Origin: the human T2T-CHM13v2.0 reference genome, Homo sapiens
NCBI RefSeq assembly: GCF_009914755.1
Contig: NC_060934.1
DNA: 64,000 nt
Reading direction: 5' to 3' (one strand)
Below the pieces are notes generated by a model that was given only the letters and a program-made list of their open reading frames with translations, had not been told where the DNA came from and ran no database searches. Made by a program: the position numbers and the translations under genes. Each line of letters opens with the position of its first letter. Within the stretch, counting starts at the first letter, position 1. Shown piece by piece: positions 1 to 16,692 of this stretch.

Positions 1-340
1 TTTTTCAACATACAAGGTAATGCAGATTCTATATGGCCTCCTGACAGGCTGAGAGGATTAGCATGTTCCCACAATGCACATCACTCCCATATTGTTGCAA
101 CTGGTGTTTTATGAAATAAAATGTTTAAAAACGCAGTACATAGTCAAGAAAAATAAATTGACTAATATAAATCTTTACTTCTGAATTTGAACATAAGCTT
201 CACATTCATAAGAGCTTCAAAGGAATGAATTAAATTAAATATAGTTTAAAAAATTTTAAAGTTTAAAACATTTTATAAATTAAAAATAGTTTAAAAAAGG
301 TGTTCACATTCTTTCAATAAAAGTGATGCCCTCTCTCCTC

Positions 341-1205
<865 letters not shown>

Positions 1206-3017
1206 TAAGAGTTATATTTTAACTGATATTAACTAATTGTTTTAAAGACTAAAGAAAAACGAATTACCATTGGATTTTCTTTTCGCACTCCTCATAATTA
1301 AAATGACTGATTACTTGTCACTAACGGAAATCAACTTCGTAGAACCAGTTGTGACACAGATACCCAGCATGAAACCATAGTAAATATAGATCTTCTCAGA
1401 TAACTTTTTGTTCTGTGCACTTTTGATACAATTCATGTACTTAAATGTGACATGAGCCTTCAAATTATTGAGCCAGAAATCAAGTATCTACATGTCTGTA
1501 TATATCTTTGTCCTAGAAAATCCTCAGGAGACCTCCCTTAACAATCACTGCTCAAAAATGACTCACATATCCACGTGCAAACCAATCATTTGCAAAGGTA
1601 ACAGGACAGGCATGATTGGCTCTGACCAGCCATTTTTCACCACTTTGGAATAGGCTTCACTTCCCCTGAAGCACATGATCCCCAAAAATAATACCTAAAT
1701 AAAACTGAAATTCTGTTAAAGTGTGAGGTAGGAGAAATAGCCAACTAATGGTGTCTACTATACTCAGACAATGTGAGTATATTAAAACCAGAGACTTCAC
1801 CTAAATTAACTCAGTGGTACAAACAGAATAATTTAAAACTCACCTTCACCTAAATTTCAGATAATTATATTATTTTCCACTCACTATAGTATAAACATGA
1901 ACTGAAACTAAATTAGGTATTTTGTCCATCTAGATTTAATTATAACATATGTTTTTATTTATTTACTTTTTTTCGGGGGGGGGTGGTCTAGTTTACTAGA
2001 ATGTGGCTTCTGTAAGGGTAGAGAGAGCCTATTTTTGTTGCTTCCATATTTTCAGTACAGAGTAAGAACACAGTATATATTTTCTTTAAAAAAATGAACT
2101 TAGAACCTAAGTTTTTAAGTATATTAGGTATACCACTTCAGAGCAGATATACAATTGTCTTTATTATGTTATTACTTATATTGGATAATTCACTTCAACA
2201 ATGTTTTTATTGTGTCACTTTACCTGTAGCATATTTTAAAAATAATGCCCCAAATTCACTACTCATCTTTTAAGCTAATATAGCCTTATTCACTGCTATT
2301 TCAAAGTCTTATCTTACTTTGTCAATCTTATTCTATGTCACATTTCTTCTTTCCCTTCTTACACAAAGCACATATTTACATTTAACTTTTATCATTCTGC
2401 GTTATATCATGGACCAAAAAAAATTAACTTGTATGCATGGTAGATGATCTACCATTACCTAATATTGTATAGCAATTGGTAGAAACACCTCTTTCACAAT
2501 CATGGGCTACTTCCCATTTTTAAAATCATCTTTCCTTCCTTCAAACACCACAGCTGAACTGGTCCTGATTCAGTGCTGTTTGCATTAATATTTTTGTTGC
2601 TCTAAGTATAAAATGAGAAGAACTGCTTAACTCATGCTCTGATTAAATTCTGGAAAGGAGATTTCAGGCTTCAAGGCTAAAGGCAGCAACTGGAATTGTT
2701 AAACATTAAGTATTTATTACTCCCTTCCGCTCGTAAATCCCTTGCCTCCTATCACTCAGATACGCTCTGCACTTTGTTTCTTCTGAGTTTTGGCTTACTT
2801 AGTTTGTTTCCTCTACTTAGACTGTGTCTTCCTCACATATGTTTCACTTTGGAAAAAAAAATCTAACCACCCTTCAGTGCTAGTCTTAAATTCTTCATCC
2901 TCCAGGAAACCTTTATGTTCATTCACCAACTGAAATGTTTTCTTCCTTTGAATCCACAAGACAATTTGCGCTCTGCTACTTGACTTTATTATTATAGCAT
3001 ACACTTGCATAAACACA

Positions 3018-3105
3018 TTCTTTCTCTCTCTCTCTAAACTTTCTCTCTCTCTCTCTCTCTCTCTCCCCCCCTCTCTCTGTCTGTCTCTCTCTCCCCTCTT
3101 TCTCT
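3018..3105. repeat. (CT)n-rich microsatellite
   Basis: Direct inspection. Confidence 0.9.
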
Positions 3106-3299
3106 CACTATTGTATAAAGTACCTAGTATATTATATTGCATGAAGTTGGTTTCCTAGAAAGGACCCCTTTCCCTAGTCTGAATTACCCACTGATAGTTT
3201 GAAGGGGGAGGGTTCCTTAGAGTTCTCAGTAGTCTGGAGACACAATCAATCCCAACACTGTATACTTCATCTGAAGAAGTCCATGCATTCTGTCCAGGG

Positions 3300-4905
3300 C
3301 ATATGTCCTCACCCTGATGCTTCTTTCAATGCAATGTCTTTACACACCTTATTAAGACTCAGTTTCTCACCTGACTTTTACACTACTACCAAACTTTCGC
3401 CAGAATCCCTTGGAAATCACAGACCATCATCAACAAAATCCCCTAAATGTTCAACTTTCCCTCTGAGTATTACCTATACTTTTTGATTCCTTCTTTCTCC
3501 CTCTAACCATCCTCGACAAAAGATGCTGCTTTCTGTAGATCTCCCAGTAGTGGCTACCATAATTTACATAGCACAGAGCCCAGGAGTACAGGGCAAGCAT
3601 CCTTCTGTCTCCTTTGACACTCTGTCCCAATTCCTCTGAAGTAAATCCCATCAGATAATGCCACCCACTAAATTTCCTTGTTATAGTCATCACATGCCTT
3701 TTGAGTAATCTCCTTTATTAATGGACTAGTTTAACATTTGGCTTATCTTTTTTTCCTACATCACACTATAGGATTAGTAACATAAGTGGTGATGTAAAAA
3801 TCCACAAGGGCATTCTAATCACAGTAGCATCTGACAGTCAACGATCCTCTTTTATCAATCTTGTTCTTTCCATGGTTCAGGGACCTTGCATTTTCCCTGT
3901 ATTCCTGTCACCTCATGGCAGCAACATCTCAGTATCCCCAAACCCTTCTTCTCCTGATCTCTAAGTGCTGAAATTCCCAAAGCTTAGTCTTCGTATTTTT
4001 TTTGTCAAACCCATTTTCAGGGTGATTTCATCTTGGCCCCTTATTTCTCTCTCAAGTCTAGATCAGCATTTGCAAATGCCTTGCCAAGAATTAGGTTTCT
4101 GTATTGAAAAAGCCTCCCAAACCTTGATTACTGCCATCACAATAGGCAGTGGAGGAGGTATGGGGATCTGTTCAGGACAAAAACCACCAAGTCATTCTTG
4201 ATTTTTCCTAATGTCCCATGTATGATTCATCGGCAAATCCTATATGTTCTATCCTTTAACCCCCTTCTCAAGGTCTCCATAGCCTATCAACGTCGTTCAA
4301 GCTACCGTCAAATTTTTCCTGGACTCGTCATGCATTAAACTCTACTTGTCCAAAACACTGTGTTACCCATTCCCAACATCCCCCATGCAGCATCTACAAT
4401 AATCTTTTTATATTGGATGATGTCATAACTGTTTAAATCATTCAAAGGCTTTCTTTCCAACACACCTAGAACGAATCCCATATTCTAGCCCCAGGTACAT
4501 TTCTGATCTCATTTCCTACCAGACTTTTTCATTCACACTAGCCTCCAGCTCCCTGTCTACCTTTAGGGCTTTACAGAGAAATCCCAGAATGCTGCTCACT
4601 TAAGAATCCATGTCTTGATCTTTTCCTTTATTCAGGTCACTGTTTCAGTTTTATCCAAAAAGAACTATCTTAACTTTCTTATCTAAAATTGCACCACTCT
4701 CATTCTTCCCTTATCAAACTTTTTTGTTTCCTTAGAATTTATCACTACATAACTTACTCATCTATTCATTTCTTCAACTAGTTTGTCTGCATTACTCGGG
4801 TGGAAACTTTGTTTGTTTGTTTGCTTTGTCAATTGCTCTATATCAAACTTCTAGAACAGTGTTTAGCACATTATAGGTACTCAAACATATTTGACTAAAT
4901 GATAG
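3300..4905 (+). mobile_element. L2 LINE fragment(s)
   Basis: Pyrimidine-rich degenerate L2 body ending in typical 3' end (tagcacattataggtactcaaacatatttgactaaatga); boundaries approximate. Confidence 0.6.
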
Positions 4906-5930
4906 AACTAAATCAATTAAGAGTTAATGAGACTAAAATATAAAATAAGATAAAAATCAGCTACAAAGGATTCCTACTTGTGGATAACAACATAAATTAA
5001 ATGTAATGAATGACAGATTTGTGGACTACTTTTAGTTAAACTGGTGATTCAGGTCAGGGGTCTGTACTTAGCATAGTGGAAGAGCTATTTTGCAAGCCCA
5101 ACCCAATTAGGTTGAATTTTTTTTCTTACTGAGAGTGTTTGATAGGTGATAAAACTACACGTAAGAAGAGCTCTAATCATGGTGCTCCTGGTAATAGGAA
5201 AAGAAAGGCAATTACTCATGTGCAAAACTAGAAGCAATCAAAAGCTAGATTTGCCAGAGATGTTTAGGTTTTATGTGCAATTTACAGCTATTTACAAGTT
5301 AACCATTGAAATGCTGTCCAAAATTAACTCCGCAATTGAGAATCCAAAATGTTTAGCATCTAAACTTTTTCCTCAGTAAAATTCAATCTTTAAAATTTTT
5401 TCTTAGTAATAAAACATTAGTAATACACAGTTGATTAGAAATAGTCATAAACATTTGATTATAAACTATTATAAGAGTAATTAGTAATAAACATTTGATG
5501 ATAAATAAAGAAAAAAATTGAAAACTTACAACTTTGGTCTTAGATACTGCATTTTTGAAATTCCAAGTAAGCCAACATTCTCTGAGACATCAAGGTTTTT
5601 GTAACTTTTAGTAAAGTACTAAAACTGGTAGTGTTATTTTTTTACTTTCATTCAATCAGCATTTAAAATTCACAATTTCAGAAAAAAATGGTTAATTTAT
5701 TCCACTATTTCTTCTATTAGAAGTGGTAATTTTATATTTGTCATTAGAGATTTCATTTTGAGAATCTTTTGAGTTATCCTACTGGAGGAATACAAACCAT
5801 TAAGAAAAGATATACATTTCAACATCTTATTCAATGTAAAACATCGTAAGTATTTTGTTACCATTTTCATAGTAAAATGAAACTCAAGAAGTTGCTTAGT
5901 GTTTACCTGATATAATCTGTATTGAGTTTA

Positions 5931-6242
<312 letters not shown>

Positions 6243-8115
6243 TCATGGGGGAAAAAATGCACTGAAGTAAATATTTGCTGCACTTTTTTTTGGAAACATT
6301 GAAAATAAATCAAAAGCCATTTCTAGATGCCATGCCTAGCACCCCCAAATTCAGGGGACACTGATAATGATGCTTCTGGTATAAAAATGTTAAGTTGCTG
6401 TTATTTCTTTTAATTACAATGTCCTGGTAGTTCACTTTACTTGATTTAATTTGGCACTAAAATACTGCACCCTGTTAATTTTAATGAAACAACTCTACTG
6501 TTCACGTTCACAAACACTTCACACACAATACCAGTTATACCAAAGGGACACAAATATATAAACCCCTTATGAAATAGTAGAAACTGCCATAAACTATTAT
6601 ATGAATATATATTTATTCTTAAGTATAAAATCAGCAATGGCATTTCTTTAGCTTAAAATTGTACAATAACTTTTATGTTTTAAGACTAAAAGTAACAGTG
6701 TTCGGGTGAGGTGTTTATTTCCACAAATGGAAAACAAGTTTTATCATGCCTTGGAAACTGTCAATGTTAGAGGCTAACATTCATTGAAAACAATGGAGCT
6801 GAAGATATGATTATGACTCATAAATGCTGCATTTTACCATTTAAATAACAGTAAATGTACCATAAATGATATGTCATCATCAAATGTTAGAACCTCCCTC
6901 AAATCATCACACCTTTAATGAGAAATGTGGTACTTGTCACTAGTCCAATAATGACCTTTTAAAAAACAATTTAATATGTATAAAAATAACTTATAAACCA
7001 AATAAAATGGGAAATAAGTGGCTATTCATTTTGTAAAAAAATAGTCAAATAAGTATTGCTAATGTATTACATAAGTCGACTTTTCTGATTCATTTCAGTT
7101 ATGAACAAACGGCAATTAACGTACATACTATTTATCAAGGATGCCCTTATTTTGGTGTTTTACCTGTGTTTAATGCCTCCTGTACAATTTTAAGTAATTA
7201 ACACCAGCCTACTTGCAGGATACATCATGGGTATACATTTGTATTTGTTGAATAAATTAATGAATGAATAGCTTGTATTAGTAAGAACTTAGAAATAGTC
7301 TTTTTTTTTTTTTTGCTTGCCCTTGGAAAGGTCAGACAGAACAGTGAGTTAACCTCAAGATTTTGCTCCTATCCTGCTGCTACTCATTCAGCTTTTCTCT
7401 GTTTGTCATCTGTGACCTGGAAGAGGTAGAATCAAGAGGAAAATCATGCTAGCGCAACAGATTAGAGAACCAACAGCGAAATAGGGCTAATAGCAGATTA
7501 TGCTTCTCTATCCTGCAGTGCCAGGGCTCTGACTTGTACCTTAGTCAGCCACCACAAATCAGAATTCACCCAAAATGAAATCATTTTTAGTTCAGTAGCA
7601 GACCACTTTTATCTCTAGAATAAAAAATGCGAACAGCTCTAAATTTAAAAATAAAAAGGAATTTTAGAATATGTCACCTTTCCAATAACTTCTTTGCACT
7701 TTCATTCAGAAACATATACAATTCAAATGTGCTATTTCTTTTCAGAACTCTTAGAGTGACAGAGGTCTCGGAAAAATACTGATGACGTATATTTTCTTCT
7801 TTAAATGGGATGAGTCATTTAAAATGTTATACAATTTGCAAAGAACAAGAACTTTGTCATGACCTGTTCCCTTACCTCCCAACCCTAACTTCATATCTGG
7901 ATGGTAACCAAATCCTACATGTCAGCCTCATAAGCAGGTAAATCATCACCTAATAAATATATCTTGTGTCATTTTTCTCTCAACTCCACAGCTGCCCATA
8001 TACTTAAGTCTGTTGTTGTCTCACCTGAGTGACTAAACGTCATCTGCTCCCCTGTCGTGTCTTTCTAATGTGTCCTGCATTCTGATATAACAAAGACATC
8101 ACAAAATACAAATAG

Positions 8116-8601
<486 letters not shown>

Positions 8602-10923
8602 TAAGTGGTTTGTGGGAAAAGGCCTATGGATAACCCAAAATATGATTATATAACCTGAACATAATGGGGAGAGATGATTATACTTAATTATAATATTTTA
8701 ATTAAATGATATTTATTTATATGAAAACTAATGACTATACAATACAAAATTCCAGAATACTTCACAACCAGCACACAAACAAAATCTCAAGAACATTGTT
8801 TAGACTTAAAAGAACTTATACATTTATTTATTTTAAAAAGCCACGATCATTTAGTTCTTTTCACAAAAGAGAAACAGTTATAATGCGATTTATAACAATA
8901 CTGTATCATGAATTTTGAAATTTATGATGTTAGCTATATAGCTAATTATGTAGGATAGTTTGTAATAGTCAACTAAAAATAAATATAAAGTTGTGAAAAA
9001 GGTGTTTTCATTAAGTTTGTGACTTAGATGTTAGAATAAAAAAAATTGTTAACTTTTATTTTCCATAATGTAAAATAGACTAGTCTTCCTTTTTTTTTGC
9101 TTCTCCCTGATAACTTTAGGCAGTTGTTATGTATCCCTCCTTTGAAATGCTATAGTGCACTAAAAATGTTTCTTTCTATAAATAACCTTTCCAGAGCTTG
9201 GTTTACATTGCATTTAGTTATAAGCATGATTTTATTCTTATTAGATTTCAATATTCTTAAAGATGGAAATTGTATCTCCTACATCTATCAGTACTATAAT
9301 GCCTCAGTTTGTAGGTAATTTTTCCGCTCAGATATTATTGTAACAAAATTTCTTAATTTTTGTTGAACAAAAAAGTTGATATTCAATTAATTTGTTAGCT
9401 TTCTTTGATTATAATCATGAGATTATGATTAACTGAAACAAAAAGTTAACTCTTAGAAGGATATGAGGGAGCTCACTAAATCAAAGTGAAGTAAGTCCAA
9501 AGAAGGCTTTTGGTACCACAAAATAATCAGGAAGTTGTAGAGCCTTTAAAGCAGCAGATGTTTGATTTTCTTGCAGATGAAATAACAGCAAACTCTCTTC
9601 TTTTATGTTATTTTACCCCACCCCTTATTCCTCTTTTTTTTTTTTTAAAGAAACAAACCAAAAAACAACCCACTAGGCTTAAGAATCATACCCTGGGGAC
9701 ACATTACCTGACTGTCCTAGTTTGGGTCATGTGCTTGCTCCTTGTCTCGGGAAGGAGAAGTCACCAGATTATCCACTTGAGAAGTCACTGGGACAATTAT
9801 AAGAAATTGTAGTGTGTCTACTTAAAGAATGTAAAATAAATGTTGGCCAGTAAGAAAAGGAAAAGCAAATAAGTATACACCTATAGTTAAATCACTAGAA
9901 CAGCGTTCTTTTTGACTTTTTTATTCATGTGTATACAATGTACATGACATCATCAATTTCCTTGGCTCACGTGCTTCCCCACTAAGGATTGTACCATGTT
10001 CTTCCACCAAATTTGGATATTGATTATTTCAAGGCAGAAGCTTGGAAGCAACTCTGATTTAAATTCTTTTAAGATAGCCTGCTTTTTATCTCCTTGAGTA
10101 CTTACAAAAACTTTTTTTCCATGTTGTATCCTTTATTTAATGTAGACATCAAACACATAACAAAAGAAAGATACTAGAAAGAGAAAGGAAAGCACAGATA
10201 GAAAAATAATGTTAAGGGAACAACGTGCGTGCCTAATATCCTAGTATTCCCCTCCAGTCTCCCTTCTGGCTCATCTAAACAATGCAAGTATTGGAAAGAG
10301 AACCACAAACAGTGAAAGAAATTACAAAGTAGGCAAAAAAGTTATTTGGAAAGTGTTTTGGTTAAGAGACATTATAATTTTTCTGTGTGCTTTGGGGCAC
10401 CCTGCCTTATTTTTCTTCCATTATTAACTTTTTTCTCCAATTTTCTATGGGACAATCTTTTCTTTGGCTAGAACTTTTGGCTTTAGTAAGCCAGAAGTTT
10501 TAAAAATGACTCCTGAGGTAAGAAAATGTGAGATACCTTCTTGCAATGTTTTAAAGAAAGAGAAAATAATACTTTTATGTAGTCAAGCTCAGGGGAAAAT
10601 GTAAGTCTTAGTATAGTTACCTCCTTGAATAGCACTTCTGTTCTATTTTAGACATTTAAACATGGTAGAAGGAGTTCAGAAGAGTGATTTTAAATACCCA
10701 TTAACCTCAACTTGACTCTATGATTTTTAAGACCAAATTTAGTTTGATTTTTCCCTTCCCTTACTTTTAATAATCAAGACTGTGATGCTAGTTTTTTCTT
10801 TTTAGGAAGGCCCTATTATCCTCAAGATGAATCCATTTCATTTATCCACATGACTAATCTAGTGCCTACACTGCACTGGATTTTCAAAGAAAGCCTTACT
10901 GAATAAGAAGCCAATGAGTTAAA

Positions 10924-11145
10924 AGTGTTCTCAACTGGGATCAATTTGGCTGCTCTAGAGCCATTTTTGGTAGTCACAACAGTGTGGATAGGGGAACGTA
11001 GTGCTACTGGAATTAAATGAGTAGAGGTCAGGAATGCTGAGAAATATTCTGTGATGAACAGAACAGGCTCTTACCCCAAACGAACAAACAAACAAACAAA
11101 ATATTTGGGCCAAAATGCCATTAGTGATGAGGCTGAGAAACCCCA
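10924..11145. mobile_element. MER20 (hAT-Charlie DNA transposon fossil)
   Basis: gttctcaactggg...gtgctactgg...gtagaggtcaggaatgctg...gccaaaatgcc...gaggctgagaaacc. Confidence 0.8.
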
Positions 11146-11851
11146 AGTTAAATAACAAGAGAAAGAGGAATTAGATGAGTTAAGATAAAATGGAAAGTTT
11201 CCAAATGCTATAGTAATACCCTCTCCTCAATCCATCTGCATGCACATGCCTTTAATGTGGAACTTATCAAAATATGCTGTAATTATTTGATCACACATTG
11301 GTTATACTCTTTTTTGACTGTGTCCTATAAAGTCAAGGGCTCAAGCCTGTTTACCTCCACTCTTGTCACTGCCTTCTGGCCTCTGTTCCTGACATTCTCT
11401 CCATCTAAAATATTCTTAATTCCAAGCCATTTCTCTAGTCATTGCCAGTAAATATACATCACAGAAATATTTATTCCTGTACTTGGGAATGTAGAAGTTT
11501 AGTCTGATCAAAAAACATACACTAGACTATATTTTCCTCAAACCTTAAAGGAAAGGACTGTGCTTTTCTTATTGTTACGTATCGTTGCCTAACACATTAA
11601 ATGATTTTTAAAATTGTTATCATGATAAATGATTTATAGATTCTTCAAACAGTCCTATTGCAGAGAATTTTTTAAATGCTTGGAATACCAGATTTATATT
11701 TGTTAATTTGTTGGTATCAGGAGATTGAAGTCAGTTCCTCACTTTAAAAACACACAAACAATTTTTTATGCTGTTTTTCTTTTAAGACAATTTTTGTTTA
11801 AGCTTTACGGGTATATTAATTATGGAAGCATTGTGACTTCCACATAGTAGG

Positions 11852-12210
11852 TGATATGGTTTGGCTGTGTGTCCCCACCCAAATCTCATCTTGAACTATA
11901 ATCCTCACGTATCGACGGAAGAACCTGGTGGGAGGTGATCAGATCATGGGGGCAGTTTTCCCCAATGTGTTCTCATGTAGTGAGTTTGCACGAAATCCAA
12001 TGGTTTTATAAGGGGTGCTTCCCCCTACACTCCCTCTTTCCTGCTGCCTTGTGAAGAAGGTACTTGCTTCTCTTTCCCCTTCCACCATGATTACAAGTTT
12101 CCTGAGGCCTCCCCAGCCATGTGGAACTGTGAGTCAATTAAATCTCTTCTCTTTATAAATTACCCAGTCTCGGTTATTTCTTTATACCAGTGTGAAAACA
12201 GACTAATACT
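11852..12210. mobile_element. THE1/MSTA-type MaLR solo LTR
   Basis: tgatatggtttggctgtgtgtccccacccaaatctcatc ... gactaatac; perfect 5-bp TSD gtagg. Confidence 0.92.
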
Positions 12211-12658
12211 GTAGGTGTTCAATAAATGTTAAATTAAATTGTAATTGCTACCACTTCACTACTCCCAAGGGTCCTCTTAAATAAAATAAATTACTCTATT
12301 TTATTCCTGTAAATTAAATGAGGTAACAGATTTTTAAGCATTTAAAAATCAAATAACAGACACCCCCATTCCAAGACAGCTGAATAGGAACAGCTCCAGT
12401 CTGCAGCTCCCAGCGTGCTTGGCGCAGAAGACGGGTGATTTCTGCATTTCCAACTGAGGTACCTAATTCATCTCACTGGGACTGGTTGGACAGAGGGTGC
12501 AGCCCACAGAGGGCAAGCCAAAGCACGGTGGGACATCACATCACCCAGGAAGCAAAAGGGGTTGGGGGATTTCCCTTTCCTAGCCAAGGGAAGTCATGAC
12601 AGATTGTATCTGGTAAATGGGGACAGTGCCACCCAAATGCTGCGCTTTTCCAATGGTC

Positions 12659-12799
12659 TTAGCAAATGGCACACAAGGAGACTATACCCACACCTGGCTC
12701 AGTGAGTCCCATGCCCACGAAGCCTTGCTCACTGCTAGTGCAGCAGTCTGAGATCAATCTGCGAGGCAGCAGCCTGGCAGGGGGAGAGGAGTTCACCAT
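12659..12799 (-). other. L1 ORF0 homolog (46 aa, MVNSSPPARLLPRRLISDCCTSSEQGFVGMGLTEPGVGIVSLCAIC) with internal splice donor CAG|GTGTGG at 12694/12693
   Basis: Aligns by eye to recalled L1Hs ORF0 (MAGAPPPASLPPCSLISDCCASNQRDSVGVGPSEPGVG...); ATG context gcagcaATGg. Confidence 0.85.
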
Positions 12800-13000
12800 T
12801 GCTGCTGCTTGAGTAGGTAAACAAAGTGGCTGGGGAAGCCCAAACTGGGAGGAGCCCACCGCAGCTCAACAAGGTCTGCTGCCTCTGTAGACTCCACCTC
12901 TGGGGGCAGGGCATAGCTGAACAAAAGGCAGCAGAAACTTCTGCAGTCTTAAATGTCCTGGTCTGACAGCTCTGAAGAGAGCAATGGTTCTCCCAGCACG
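12700..13000 (-). promoter_or_regulatory. Region corresponding to the L1 5'UTR antisense promoter (activity not demonstrated)
   Basis: Position by homology (~nt 400-600 of primate L1 5'UTR); many CpGs have decayed. Confidence 0.5.
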
Positions 13001-14120
13001 GTATTTGAGCTCTGAGAACAGACAGACTGCCTCCTCAAGTGGGTCCCTACCCCAGTGTAGCCTAACTGGGAGGCACCTCCCAGTAGGGGCCGACTGACAC
13101 TGCATACAGGTGGGTGGCTCTCTGGGATGAAGCATCCAGAAGAAGGACCAGGCAGCAATATTTGCTGTGCTGAAGCCTCCGCTGGTAACACCCAGGCAAA
13201 CAGTTTGGAGTGGAGCTCCAGCAAACTCCAACAGACTTGCAGCTAAGGGACCTGACTGTTAGAAGGAAAACTAACAAACAGAAAGGAATAGCATCATCAT
13301 CAACAAAAAGGACACCCACACCAAAACCCCATCTGTACGTCACCATCATCAAAGACCAAAGGTAGATAAAAACCACAAAAATGGGAAGAAACCAGAGCAG
13401 AAAAGCTGAAAATTCTAAAAACCAGAGCACCTCTTCTCCTCCAAAGGATCACAGCTCCTCACAAGCAATGAAACAAAGCTGGATGGAGAATGACTTTGAT
13501 GAGTTGACAGAAGTAGGCTTCAGAAGGTTGGTAATAACAAACTTGTCCGAGCTAAAGAAGGATGTTTGAAGCCATCACAAGGAAGCTAAAAACCTTAAAA
13601 AAAGATTAGACGAATGGCTAACTAGAATAAACAGTGTAGAGAAGACCTTAAATGACCTGATGGAGCTGAAAACCATGCACGAAACTACATGACACATGAA
13701 CAAGCTTCAATAGCCATTTTCATCAAGTGGAAAAAAGGGTGCCAGAGATTGAAGATCAAGTTAATGAAACAAAGTGAAAAGAGAAGTTTAGAGAAAAAAA
13801 GAGTAAAAAGAAATGAACAAAGCCTCCAAGAAATATGGGACTATGTGAAAAGACCAAATCTATGTTTGATTGGTGTACCTGAAAGTGATGAGGAGAATGG
13901 AACCAAGCTGAGAAACACTCTTCAGGATATCATCCAGGAGAACTTCCTCAACCTAGCAAGGCAGGCCAACATACAAATTCAGGAAAAACAGAGAACACCA
14001 CAAAGATACTCTTATTCCAAAATTGACCACATAGTTGGAAGTAAAGCACCCCTCAGCAAATGTAAAAGAACAGAAATCACAAGAAACTGTCTCTCAGACC
14101 ACAGTGCAATCAAATTATAA

Positions 14121-14411
<291 letters not shown>

Positions 14412-14694
14412 TAGCAGAAGGCAAGAAATCAGAGCAGAACTGAAGGAGATAGAAACACAAAGAACCCTTCAAAAAAATCAATGAATCCAGGAGCTGGTTT
14501 TTTGAAAAGATCAACAAAATTGATAGACTGCTAGCAAGACCAATAAAGTCTTGCACCATCACAAGACTAAACCAGGAAGAAGTTGAATCTCTGAATAGAC
14601 CAATAACAGGCTCTGAAATTGAGGCAATAATTAATAGCCTACCAACCAAAAACAAAGTCCGGGACCAGACAGATTCACAGCCAAATTCTAATAG

Positions 14695-14895
<201 letters not shown>

Positions 14896-15222
14896 TGAAT
14901 CCAGCAGCACATCAAAAAGCTTATCCACCACGATCAAGTCAGCTTCATCCCTGGGATCCAAGGCTGGTTCAACATACACAAATCAATAAACGTAATCCAT
15001 CACATAAAGAGAAACAACAACAAAAACCACATGATTATCTCAATAAATGCAGAAAAGGCCTTTGACAAAATTCAACAGCCCTTCATGCTAAAAACTCTCA
15101 ATAAACTAGGTATTGATGGAACATTTCTCAAAATAAGAGGTATTTCTGACAAATCCACAGCCAGTATCGTACTGAATGGGCAAAAACTGGAAGCATTCCC
15201 TTTGAAAACTGGCACAAGATAG

Positions 15223-15502
<280 letters not shown>

Positions 15503-16283
15503 TGAGTGAACTTCCATTCACAGTTGCTTCAAAGAGAATAAAATACCTAGGAATCCAACTTACAAGGGATGCGAAGGACCTCTTCAAGGAGAACTACAAA
15601 CCACTGCTCAGCAAAATAAAAGAGGACACCAACAAATGGAAGAACATTCCATGCTCATGGATAGGAAGAATCAATATTGTGAAAATGGCCATACTGCCCA
15701 AGGTAACTTATAGATTCAATGCCATCCCCATCAATCGGCCAATGACTTTCTTCACAGAACTGGGAAAAACTACTTTAAAGTTCATATGGAACAAAAAAAG
15801 AGCCCACATATCCCAGACAATCCTAAGCAAAAAGAACAAAGCTGGAGGCATCATGCTACCTGACTTCAAGCTATACTACAAGGCTACAGTAACCAAAACA
15901 GCATGGTACTGGTACCAAAACAGAGATATAGACCAATGGAACAGAGCAGAGCCTTCAGAAATAACACCACACATCTACAACCATCTTATCTTTGACAAAC
16001 TGACAGAAACAAGAAATGGGGAAAGGATTCCCTATTTAATGAATGGTGCTGGGAAAAGTGGCTAGCCATATGTAGAAAGCTGAAACTGGATCCCTTCCTT
16101 ATATCTTATACAAAAATTAATTCAAGATGGATTAAAGACTTAAATGTTAGATCTAAAACCATAAAAACCTAGAAGAAAACCTAGGCAATACCACTGAGGA
16201 CTTAGGCATGACTAAAACACCAAAAGCAATGGCACCGAAAACCAAAATAGACAAATGAGATCTAGTTAAAATAAAGAGCTTCT

Positions 16284-16692
<409 letters not shown>

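Noticed and set aside
2813-3142. 109-aa ER-repeat ORF
   Set aside because: Translation of the (CT)n microsatellite
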